Shown here piece after piece: positions 1 to 7,490 of a stretch of 32,000 nt of DNA (position 1 is its first letter; each line of letters begins with the position of its first letter). Source of the stretch: Comamonadaceae bacterium (lineage in GTDB: Bacteria > Pseudomonadota > Gammaproteobacteria > Burkholderiales > Burkholderiaceae_C); assembly GCA_947456305.1 (NCBI GenBank), contig CANGPN010000010.1, forward strand, positions 1 through 32,000. Direction: 5' to 3'. The notes beneath the pieces are model-generated. The model was not told the origin of the DNA. It did no database searches and saw only the letters and a program-made list of their open reading frames with translations. A program made the translations under genes and the position numbers.

Positions 1-196
1 AGTGCATGCCAGTCCCCAGCAGATGAGATCCGCCGAGCATGCCCTAAGTCCGGAAAACGATTCAAATCGTGGACAAGGGGAAAGTCAGATTTATTCAAAT
101 AAATCATGAGGTTACGCTGAGTCTGACGGCAAACGTTGGGACACTAGTGGAAAGAGATTTGTAATTACAGATTCAATTTTTACACCTTACATTAAA

Positions 197-532
197 TTGT
201 CTACGGGTACTAAGAATAAATTGGACACAACTTACGGCACATTACCAATTCAATATTATCGATATGATTTGGGTACCAACCTAAAAATCATTGAGGTTGT
301 AGGTTTGAAATTAAATTGGCGTCACCGTCAGGCATTTAGCGATAATGTGACTGTTGCGACGGGTACTACACCTTCAAAATATAAAACAAACGAAACTTTA
401 TTAGGTTTTGTTTATAAGGTTACTCCGAACGATAGCATTACGTTCGCTAAGTCTGTAGAGCGTGCAAGTGAATCAGGTAACCAATCTACTGACTACAACC
501 ACACCATCATTCAGTATTCAAAAAACTTCTGA
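197..532 (+). CDS. hypothetical protein; possibly the 3' remnant of an outer-membrane beta-barrel-type gene
   Basis: The ORF lies in a segment of about 30% GC. Its only start is a TTG with no Shine-Dalgarno sequence. The frame stays open back to an in-frame TGA at 107-109. The C-terminus ...HTIIQYSKNF ends in Phe with alternating hydrophobic residues, as in OMP barrels. A hairpin with a T-run follows. Confidence 0.3.
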   Translation: MSTGTKNKLDTTYGTLPIQYYRYDLGTNLKIIEVVGLKLNWRHRQAFSDNVTVATGTTPSKYKTNETLLGFVYKVTPNDSITFAKSVERASESGNQSTDYNHTIIQYSKNF

Positions 533-568
533 TAAACAATAAAAACTTCCGGGGGAACACTTGATAAA

Positions 569-594
569 GCAGTCTGCTGTTACTGCGTTTTTTT
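569..594 (+). terminator. weak rho-independent terminator-like hairpin (GCAGT-loop-ACTGC followed by GTTTTTTT)
   Basis: A 5-bp stem (569-573 pairing with 582-586) is followed by a T-run at 588-594, directly after the 197-532 ORF. A small minus-strand ORF also stops at 593-595, so the element could act bidirectionally. Confidence 0.35.
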
Positions 595-873
595 ATGCTC
601 CATTCAGTTCACATCGAATGGCTTTAAGCAGAGCATCTGACAATATGGCAGGTTTGCCTTCGATCCTGTCCACGATGGCTTGCGCGCAATTCAAAGCCAA
701 GGACAGCCCGCGAGAACCCAGGGCAAATAACATATGCAGGTTCTTTGTGGACGCATTACGGCGGCAAGGCTTTTGCCACTGGTTATGTCAAAAATATCTT
801 CAACACAGCAACCGGTTTGAGATTCAGGTTTTGATTCAACATTTTCTTCATTCATTTCTTTTGCAAAATCGCT

Positions 874-1662
874 ATGAATAAATTCATATTCCATTCTCTG
901 ATCGGTTTTTATTTACTGGGTTTTAGTTTGGCCTGGTCACAGGAAAAGTCCGTTTACCCTGCTGCTACTGTCACGGTAGCAGCTGCGTCAGATTTGAAAT
1001 TTGCCTTGACTGAAATTGCTGTTTCATACGAGAAAACTACAGGTCAAAAAATCAATCTGGTCTTCGGTTCTTCGGGCACACTTTCAACACAGTTGCTTCA
1101 GAACGCGCCTTTTGATGTTTTTATGTCCGCCGATGAGAATTTGGTGTTCAAGCTGGCAGATGCAGGCAAAACACAGGATCGCGGTCGCTTGTATGCCGTT
1201 GGGCGCATTGGTGTGTTTGTGCCAAAGGGTTCCCCATTGAAAGCAGACGGGTCGCTCAAGGATTTGGCCGCAGCACTGCAAGACGGCCGACTTAAACAAC
1301 TCGCCATTGCCAACCCAGAGCACGCTCCCTATGGTCACCGTGCCAAACAAGCCTTGGAACATATGAATCTGTGGACAGCTATTCAATCAAAATTGGTGCT
1401 GGGGGAGAACGTTTCACAGGCCGCGCAATTTGTATTTTCGGGCGCAGCCCAGACCGGCATCATTGCGCAATCGCTGGTTTTGTCACCTACTGTTGCCGAT
1501 AAAGGCCAATTTGAGTTGATTCCTGAATCCTGGCATCAACCCTTGAATCAGAGAATGGTTTTGCTCAAAACCGCGCCTGCACCTGCAAAGCAGTTTTACG
1601 ACTATCTTGCCAGTGCTAATGCCAAAAGTATATTGACGCGTTACGGATTCAGTCTGCCTTGA
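874..1662 (+). CDS. modA: molybdate (ModA-family) ABC transporter periplasmic substrate-binding protein, orphan
   Basis: Signal peptide MNKFIFHSLIGFYLLGFSLAWS. The mature region shows ModA-like blocks (VTVAAASDLKFAL, VFGSSGTL, DVFMSAD, NPEHAPYG). No modB or modC follows. Confidence 0.8.
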   Translation: MNKFIFHSLIGFYLLGFSLAWSQEKSVYPAATVTVAAASDLKFALTEIAVSYEKTTGQKINLVFGSSGTLSTQLLQNAPFDVFMSADENLVFKLADAGKTQDRGRLYAVGRIGVFVPKGSPLKADGSLKDLAAALQDGRLKQLAIANPEHAPYGHRAKQALEHMNLWTAIQSKLVLGENVSQAAQFVFSGAAQTGIIAQSLVLSPTVADKGQFELIPESWHQPLNQRMVLLKTAPAPAKQFYDYLASANAKSILTRYGFSLP

Positions 1663-1708
1663 GATGTAAGCCTATGACTACAACTCCTAGCTGATACAAA
1701 TATTTGGA

Positions 1709-1912
1709 TCAATGTTTTTGCTCTTCCTGTGCCTGACGTTGTTTGGCGCGAAGAGGCGTGCCCAGCAGATACAACACCAGTCCCAATGGAATCACGCCAT
1801 AGAGCAAAAAAGTAAAAAATGCACCCAGTATGCTGCCGTTGGGAGCGGTGGCTTCGACCACGGACATCAAAATCACAACAAACATCCAACCAATAGCGAC
1901 GATATACAACAT
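1709..1912 (-). CDS. small two-helix membrane protein, unknown function
   Basis: A 67-aa ORF with two hydrophobic helices (IVAIGWMFVVILMSVV; ILGAFFTFLLYGVIPLGLVLYLLG) and a basic tail RAKQRQAQEEQKH. Confidence 0.55.
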   Translation of the reverse strand: MLYIVAIGWMFVVILMSVVEATAPNGSILGAFFTFLLYGVIPLGLVLYLLGTPLRAKQRQAQEEQKH

Positions 1913-1966
1913 AGTGATTAAAGTCCGGGGTGAATACAGAGGGTATGAAAGATTAAACTGCTGCGA

Positions 1967-2323
1967 ATGACAGTGATGAACAATATCTTACGCAGTTGTT
2001 TGCAATCGGTCGGGTGTGCCGGTTTAGCTGGTTTGTCTGCTTGCACAAATATGGATCAGATACAGGCTTGTAATCGCATGTCTTACGAACAAGCCCCCGT
2101 GGTTTATAAGAATGTATCTTCGCCTTTTTTCAACCATTGCGCCAATGGCATGGCCTCAATCGGTTCCCATTCGCGTTTGATGGGCTTGTCGGCCAACCCG
2201 TTTTTCTGCGACTCGTGGGCAGTGGCTCTAGACTTGAACTACGACGCACGCGTGGCCATTTTTGAGGCCTGCCGCAAAGGGCAAATTGCCACCGGCTTGC
2301 CACCCATTGTGCAACCACATTGA
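1967..2323 (+). CDS. putative Cys-rich lipoprotein, unknown function
   Basis: Lipobox-like LAGLSAC near the N-terminus, with several further Cys residues. The start is uncertain (ATG 1967 or ATG 1976). Confidence 0.45.
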   Translation: MTVMNNILRSCLQSVGCAGLAGLSACTNMDQIQACNRMSYEQAPVVYKNVSSPFFNHCANGMASIGSHSRLMGLSANPFFCDSWAVALDLNYDARVAIFEACRKGQIATGLPPIVQPH

Positions 2324-2326
2324 TTT

Positions 2327-2734
2327 TTAAACGCAAGGGTAGTTAGCTGCCATGACTTCACGCACCACGCTGGCGGCGCTGTAACGCAGCAATTCCGGAC
2401 GTTGCTGGAGTTGCAATTTAACAAGTTCAGTGATCTGGTTGATCTCTGTTTGTTCCTGCATGCATATGGGCGAGGATTTGGTAAGCATCAAGGTGTCGAC
2501 CACACCCATGATGTAGTTGCGACCGTTAAAGCGTATTTCTTCTTGCTGGGACAGCAGGCTGGCTTGCAATTCAGAAGCAGTCAGAAAGCGTATGCTTTTG
2601 CCCGCTTGTGCAGGCATGACCAGACAGAGCCCTGTCAGGCCGAGCGAACACAGTTGACGCCAAAGGTGTTCAGGGAGTTTCAACGCTGACCTTGATGGAA
2701 CTGAACCAAGCGGCCAGTTGAGCAATTTCTGCAT
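2327..2734 (-). CDS. secreted Rap1a/Tai4-like domain protein
   Basis: The pattern NYIMGVVDTL...SPICMQEQTEINQITELVKLQLQQRPELLRYSAASVVREVMAANYPC fits the Rap1a/Tai4 pattern as I remember it (GyixGvxD, C-x-P-type Cys, hPE, terminal PC). The signal-like segment LCSLGLTGLCLVMPAQA suggests the real start may be TTG 2683 rather than ATG 2734. Confidence 0.55.
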   Translation of the reverse strand: MQKLLNWPLGSVPSRSALKLPEHLWRQLCSLGLTGLCLVMPAQAGKSIRFLTASELQASLLSQQEEIRFNGRNYIMGVVDTLMLTKSSPICMQEQTEINQITELVKLQLQQRPELLRYSAASVVREVMAANYPCV

Positions 2735-2981
2735 CGGTCAAAGGCTTGGCGATATAAGTCATGACTTCATGATGGCGCTTTCCGCTGCGGTAATTTTTCA
2801 ATTGTTCGCTCACATAAATGGCGTTTTGGCCTGCAAGATTCGGCGCGCCGGGCATGGTGGCGATACCGTATTGACCGTGGCACAGGGCACAGGCCGCGTC
2901 AGCTTTGGCACGGCCGTTGGCGGCGTCATCGGCATAACTGTTGAATGCCAACAGCGCTAATAAAAATACAAATTTTTTCAT
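2670..2981 (-). CDS. class I c-type cytochrome (monoheme), periplasmic
   Basis: Signal peptide MKKFVFLLALLAFNSYA, a single CALCHG heme-binding motif and a downstream Met. The start is taken at ATG 2981 instead of the ORF-track start 3035. Confidence 0.85.
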   Translation of the reverse strand: MKKFVFLLALLAFNSYADDAANGRAKADAACALCHGQYGIATMPGAPNLAGQNAIYVSEQLKNYRSGKRHHEVMTYIAKPLTDAEIAQLAAWFSSIKVSVETP

Positions 2982-2996
2982 TTTTTTCTCGTGAAA

Positions 2997-3053
2997 ACGG
3001 GGTCCCGTGAAGGACCCCGTCAGAACTGTCAACACAGGCTCGAAAGCCTGTGC
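2997..3053 (-). terminator. two tandem GC-rich stem-loops between the dehydrogenase and cytochrome c genes (attenuator or mRNA-stability element)
   Basis: Hairpin 1: CACAGGCT (3034-3041) pairs with AGCCTGTG (3046-3053), loop CGAA. Hairpin 2: ACGGGGTCC (2997-3005) pairs with GGACCCCGT (3012-3020). On the minus strand hairpin 2 is followed by only TTT(T)CAC, a weak T-tract. Confidence 0.4.
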
Positions 3054-3064
3054 ATCAAAGTATT

Positions 3065-4342
3065 TTAGTTACCTTGGTAGCTGATGCGGTAGATCGCACC
3101 GGCGTAGTCGTCAGACACCAGGATGGAGCCGTCAGGCAGGTTGGCCACATCAACCGGGCGACCTAAAGCGCGGTTGGTTTTCTTGTCCAGGAAGCCGTCA
3201 GCAAACACTTCGGCAGGACCTGCATTGCCATCGGCCTTGATTGGCACGAAGTTAATCAGGTAACCGCTGGGTGTGCTGCGGTTCCATGAACCGTGAGAGG
3301 CCACAAACAAACCGCCCTGGTATTTGGCAGGGAAGGCTGTGCCGGTGTAGTGAGTCACGCCCAGTTGAGCTTGGTGAGCAGGGAACTCGACTTGCGGGAA
3401 CACATTGCCAGCGGGTTCTTTCATGTCAGCCAGTTCAGCTGCGGCAGGAGAACCGGCAACTTTGTAGTGACCGTTGTAGTAAGGGAAACCGAAGTGTTCG
3501 CCTGGCTTGCTGAGTTTGTTCAACTCGCCGGGAGGAATGTCGTCACCCAGACCGTCAACTTGGTTGTCGGTTGTCCAGATGTCGCCCTTTGGTCCGATGG
3601 TGATACCGGCGGGGTTACGCATGCCCTTGGCGTAAACCATGCGGCCTGAACCGTCGAGGCCGTTGTAGCGAACCACACCGCCGATGCCGACTTCTTCATA
3701 CAAAGCCACTTTGTCTTTGGGTTGCACGTTGTAAGGCTGGCCCAATGTGACGTAGATTTTGCCGTCAGCGTCAACTTTACACACACGACCTGTGTGGTTG
3801 AAAGACTGCTCTTCCACGGGGATCAGCTTGCCTTCGGGGACGATTTGGCCGACAGCAACGTCAGGACCTTCGTAGAAGTATTCGGCAGCAGGGAAGTGCA
3901 GAATGCGGTTGGATTCAGCAACAACCAAGAAACCGTCTTTGGTAAAGCAAACACCGTTGGGGTTGCTGAACTTGATAGCGGGTGCGAAAGGCTTGACTTC
4001 AGTGGCGGCATCACCGTTGTTACGGTTGGTCACGGCCCAAACCTGGGTTTTGCGGGTACCAACGAAGAGCATGTTGGTAGAAGGGGCAACTGCCATGTAA
4101 CGTGCATCAGGCACGATGGCGTACAGGTCGATCTTGAAACCATCGGGCAGCTTGATTTTTTTCAGGTTGGCACGGATGGCATCGGCATTCTTACCTTCCT
4201 GAGGAACGGTAGGAATGTTCATGTTGGTGTCTGTATTGCCCATGCGTTGCAGGGTAGACAGGTTTTTGTCCTGAGCAAAAGCAGAGGAGGCAACCAACGC
4301 TGAAACAGCCAAAGTGATGGCGGAGATTTTTTTAAAGCTCAC
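3065..4342 (-). CDS. PQQ-dependent sugar (glucose/sorbosone-type) dehydrogenase, beta-propeller, periplasmic
   Basis: Signal peptide ending SSAFAQ. GSDH-like blocks GMRNPAGITIGPKGDIWTTDNQVDGLGDDIPPGELN and GRPVDVANLPDGSILVSDDYAGAIYRISY. A cytochrome c gene follows immediately. Confidence 0.75.
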   Translation of the reverse strand: MSFKKISAITLAVSALVASSAFAQDKNLSTLQRMGNTDTNMNIPTVPQEGKNADAIRANLKKIKLPDGFKIDLYAIVPDARYMAVAPSTNMLFVGTRKTQVWAVTNRNNGDAATEVKPFAPAIKFSNPNGVCFTKDGFLVVAESNRILHFPAAEYFYEGPDVAVGQIVPEGKLIPVEEQSFNHTGRVCKVDADGKIYVTLGQPYNVQPKDKVALYEEVGIGGVVRYNGLDGSGRMVYAKGMRNPAGITIGPKGDIWTTDNQVDGLGDDIPPGELNKLSKPGEHFGFPYYNGHYKVAGSPAAAELADMKEPAGNVFPQVEFPAHQAQLGVTHYTGTAFPAKYQGGLFVASHGSWNRSTPSGYLINFVPIKADGNAGPAEVFADGFLDKKTNRALGRPVDVANLPDGSILVSDDYAGAIYRISYQGN

Positions 4343-4504
4343 TTAATGATCCTTAAGCAGAAAAACAGGCAACATTGCCTACGTAAGATGTTAGCAACAT
4401 ATATATTTCCGCTAGGTAAAGCCCCTACTAGGGTTTACCTTGGTTTTTCACCTGATTTAAGCTGGTTTTGGACTACTAAGGAATTATTCCTATTTGATAC
4501 GCGC

Positions 4505-4963
4505 TCATTCTGAAGGCTTGCGCAGCATCAGCGCTGAGCGCTTGCAGGAAGCAACCAGCACATTGTGTTGGTTGTAGCCCCGGTGTTCAAAAATCACGAT
4601 GCCGTTTTGCGGACGGGATTTGCTGTCGCGTAATTCCAGTACCTCGGTCTCCACCCGCACCGTATCGCCGTGGAACAGCGGTTTGGGAAAACGCACCTCG
4701 TCCCAACCTAAATTAGCCACTGTCGTGCCCAGCGTAGTGTCACCCACCGAAACGCCGACGATCAAGCCTAAGGTGAACACGCTATTGACAATGCGTTGCC
4801 CGTATTCGGTGTGGTTCTTGCAATATTCCTCATCCAGGTGCAATGCCGCCGGGTTGTGCGTCAAAGCAGAAAACATGACGTTGTCCATCTCGGACACGGT
4901 GCGGCGAATCGCGTGCTTAAAAGTCTGTCCGACAAAAAATTCTTCGAAATACAAGCCAGCCAT
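4505..4963 (-). CDS. MaoC-like (hot-dog fold) enoyl-CoA hydratase/dehydratase
   Basis: A single hot-dog-sized protein, MAGLYFEEFFVGQTFKH...NPAALHLDEEY...GDTVRVETEV, typical of the MaoC dehydratase family. ATG 4963 is preferred over TTG 4969. It lies 2 nt after the CitE-like stop codon. Confidence 0.75.
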   Translation of the reverse strand: MAGLYFEEFFVGQTFKHAIRRTVSEMDNVMFSALTHNPAALHLDEEYCKNHTEYGQRIVNSVFTLGLIVGVSVGDTTLGTTVANLGWDEVRFPKPLFHGDTVRVETEVLELRDSKSRPQNGIVIFEHRGYNQHNVLVASCKRSALMLRKPSE

Positions 4964-4965
4964 GT

Positions 4966-5838
4966 TCAATCTCCTTTGCGTGTTGCCAATAAACGCAGCG
5001 CTTGCGTCAGGTGCGGCTTATCAATCATTTTTCCGTCAAGTTGCAACGCGCCTGCGCCGTTTGATTGAGCAAAGGCGTCAACGATGCGCTGTGCGTGTTG
5101 CAGTTCTTCGGCCGTAGCGGTAAAGCCGTCGTTGATGATGGCCACCTGGTCCGGGTGAATAGCCAGCTTGCCGCTAAAGCCCTGTCGACGCGCGCGCCGT
5201 ACATCGGCTTGCAAGCCCGCGTGATTGCGAAAGTCCACGGTCAATGTGTCTATCGCTTGAACCCCGGCGTGCGTGGCGGCCAGCAGGCAAAGTGTTCGTG
5301 CAAGCACAAAGGCGTCGTCAAATTCGCCGTCGTCCTTTTTATTGCTGGTGGCACCGATGTCAGTGGCCAGATCCTCAGCGCCCCAGGTCAGACCGGCGAG
5401 TCGTGCAGAACTGCCCGCGTAACTGTCGAGCTGAAACATGGCGCCGGCAACTTCAGTGGCCACCGGAAGTATGCGTGTATGGCCAAGCGCAATGCCTTCA
5501 CGTTGTTCCAGCGCACTCAAAAAATGATCCAGTTGCCGCACAGCTTCAGCGTTCATAGGCTTGGGCAGCATGATGCCGTCAGGTTTGCCGGGCATCACTG
5601 CGACCAAATCGGGCAGCGATAAGTCGGTGTTCAGCGGATTGATACGCACCCACACCTGTTGGTGCGCTCGGTCATGGGCTTTCAAATAGTCGAGCACCAG
5701 ACCGCGAGCCTGCGGCAGGCGTTCATGGGACACCGAGTCTTCCAGGTCCAGCAGCAATACATCCGCGCCTGTGCCGGCGGCTTTGGCCAATTTTTTCTCG
5801 CTGTCGCCGGGTACGAACAGCAGGGATTTGATCGTCAT
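4966..5838 (-). CDS. HpcH/CitE-family acyl-CoA lyase (citryl-, malyl- or citramalyl-CoA lyase-like)
   Basis: A 290-aa protein beginning SLLFVPGDSEKKLAKA...DVLLLDLEDSV, with later GFSGKLAIHPDQV. This is a characteristic CitE beta-subunit-like pattern. Confidence 0.75.
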   Translation of the reverse strand: MTIKSLLFVPGDSEKKLAKAAGTGADVLLLDLEDSVSHERLPQARGLVLDYLKAHDRAHQQVWVRINPLNTDLSLPDLVAVMPGKPDGIMLPKPMNAEAVRQLDHFLSALEQREGIALGHTRILPVATEVAGAMFQLDSYAGSSARLAGLTWGAEDLATDIGATSNKKDDGEFDDAFVLARTLCLLAATHAGVQAIDTLTVDFRNHAGLQADVRRARRQGFSGKLAIHPDQVAIINDGFTATAEELQHAQRIVDAFAQSNGAGALQLDGKMIDKPHLTQALRLLATRKGD

Positions 5839-6057
5839 CTAAAGGTTCCTCATCTTTGACAGGCATGCTAACAAATGGTCATCTGAACTTTTAAACCTGT
5901 ACACATGCCAACGCAGAGCGTGTTTTCAGTCACGCATGCACGTAAAACGCAGACTCAGTCTTGTATGGGGGTGTTTGCGCTGTTGCAGTTGAAGTACCGC
6001 GCATCAACGACAATACGAGGCTTTAGCCGCTTCGCTCAAACTCTTTCACGGATTTAC

Positions 6058-6573
6058 ATGACAGTCATTTCTACCGATGCGGCTTCGCCTGCGATTGATT
6101 CCACGGCATTGCGCCGGTGCCTTGGCTCGTTTGTCACCGGTGTAACAGTGATAACCGCTTTGGGCGAAGACGGGCAGGCCGAGGGTATCACTGCCAATTC
6201 TTTCAGTTCTTTGTCGCTGGATCCGCCTTTGATTGTGTGGAGCCTGCGTTTGAGTTCGCGCAGCTTCAATACCTACAAAAACGCGGCGCGTTTTGCGGTG
6301 AATATTTTGGCTGAGGATCAAGTTGGTATTTCCAACCGGTTTGCATCGTCCGGGGTGGACCGATTCGAGGGCGTGGCTTACACGCCTGGACTGGGCGGTG
6401 TGCCGTTAATCAAGGGTTGCATTTCTTATCTGGAGTGCAGTCTGGAGGCGTCCTACCCGGGTGGTGACCATGTGTTGTTTGTCGGGCGGGTTGAGCGTAT
6501 TCACACCAATGAGGGACGGCCGCTGGCTTATGGCGGCGGGGGTTATTTAACTGTGCAAACTCTGGAGGCTTAA
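6058..6573 (+). CDS. flavin reductase family protein (HpaC/NADH:FMN oxidoreductase-like)
   Basis: LGSFVTGVTVITA...ANSFSSLSLDPPLIVWSL...GGDHVLFVGRV matches the flavin reductase domain. The start is taken at ATG 6058 (MTVISTD); the upstream extension from 5905 looks non-coding. Confidence 0.75.
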   Translation: MTVISTDAASPAIDSTALRRCLGSFVTGVTVITALGEDGQAEGITANSFSSLSLDPPLIVWSLRLSSRSFNTYKNAARFAVNILAEDQVGISNRFASSGVDRFEGVAYTPGLGGVPLIKGCISYLECSLEASYPGGDHVLFVGRVERIHTNEGRPLAYGGGGYLTVQTLEA

Positions 6574-6647
6574 GTTAATCTTGACATCGTTTTAAAACTT
6601 GGCGCTGCCAGCGATTGTTATGCAGCCGCAACCGGAAAGAGATAAAC

Positions 6648-7490
6648 ATGCCCTACGCTGACTCCCATGGAACCCGTTTGTATGCCGAATCTACCGGCAA
6701 CGGCACACCAATTGTGTTTGTGCACGAATTCGCCGGTGACTACCGCAACTGGGAAAACCAGGTGCGCTATTTCGCCAGGCGCTACCGCTGCATCACTTTC
6801 AATGCGCGTGGCTATCCGCCGTCGGACGTGCCGCAAGACCCGCAGCTCTACAGCCAAAGCCACGCGGTGCAAGACATCGCCGCTGTCATGCGCCATTTCG
6901 GCCTGGCCCGTGCACATATCGTCGGCCTGTCCATGGGCGCTTATGCCACCTTGAATTTCGGCATCGCCCACCCCGAGATGGCACTGTCACTGGTGATTGC
7001 CGGTGCCGGTCACGGCTCGGACCCGCATATGCGCGAGCAGTCCATGAAAGAGTTTGAAGAATTGGCACAACGCTTGTTGACGCTGGGCATGCCTGACGCA
7101 ATTTCTGACTACGCGCAAAGCCCGAACCGCCGCCGTTACCGCGAAAAAGACTTGCGCGGTTTTGAAGAGTTCAACCAGCAGTTCGCCGGGCATTCGGCCT
7201 ACGGCTCGGCCATGACATTGCGCGGCTGCCAGCAGCGCAGGCCCACCATTTACCAGTTGAAAGAGCAAATGCAACAACTGGATGTGCCGACCTTGGTCAT
7301 CACCGGCGACGATGACGAGCCTTGTCTGGAACCATCGGTGTTCATGAAGCGGCATATTCCCGATGCACAGTTGCTGGTGGTGCCGCGTACCTCGCACCCT
7401 GTGAATCTGGAAGAGCCGGATGCGTTCAACCACGCTGTGTTCAATTTCATCACCGAAGTGGATGGTCGCGCCCCGCGTGCGGCGGCATGA
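6648..7490 (+). CDS. alpha/beta-fold hydrolase
   Basis: PIVFVHEFAGDYRNW (oxyanion region) and the nucleophile elbow GLSMGA. ATG 6648 is preceded by GGAAAGAG. The stop codon overlaps the next start in an ATGA junction. Confidence 0.75.
   Translation: MPYADSHGTRLYAESTGNGTPIVFVHEFAGDYRNWENQVRYFARRYRCITFNARGYPPSDVPQDPQLYSQSHAVQDIAAVMRHFGLARAHIVGLSMGAYATLNFGIAHPEMALSLVIAGAGHGSDPHMREQSMKEFEELAQRLLTLGMPDAISDYAQSPNRRRYREKDLRGFEEFNQQFAGHSAYGSAMTLRGCQQRRPTIYQLKEQMQQLDVPTLVITGDDDEPCLEPSVFMKRHIPDAQLLVVPRTSHPVNLEEPDAFNHAVFNFITEVDGRAPRAAA

Noticed and set aside
561-881. A 106-aa plus-strand ORF upstream of modA.
   Set aside because: It uses a TTG start inside the terminator-like hairpin. Its sequence is Cys/His/Phe-rich and not protein-like, and it runs into the modA start. 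The region is treated as an open question in the findings instead.
4414-4440. An imperfect hairpin, AGGTAAA-GCCCCTA-C-TAGGG-TTTACCT, followed by TGGTTTTTC. It looks like a terminator.
   Set aside because: The T-run is on the plus strand, but both flanking genes are on the minus strand. It cannot be called a terminator for either gene. It may be a promoter-region structure or a chance occurrence.
3722-5622. Plus-strand ORFs 3722-4303, 4599-5117 and 5065-5622, lying opposite the dehydrogenase, MaoC and CitE genes.
   Set aside because: They are antisense to genes with strong family signatures. They have no RBS or motifs and their composition is atypical for proteins.
7322-7486. The ORF-track N-terminal extensions of the carboxyltransferase (start 7322), the alpha-E protein (start 13881), the esterase (start 24914), Rrf2 (28402), MerR (28345), the flavin reductase (5905) and cytochrome c (3035).
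   Set aside because: The extensions overlap upstream genes or run through non-coding sequence, and they encode implausible peptides. Internal ATGs sit at stop/start overlaps or behind Shine-Dalgarno sequences and give native-looking N-termini.
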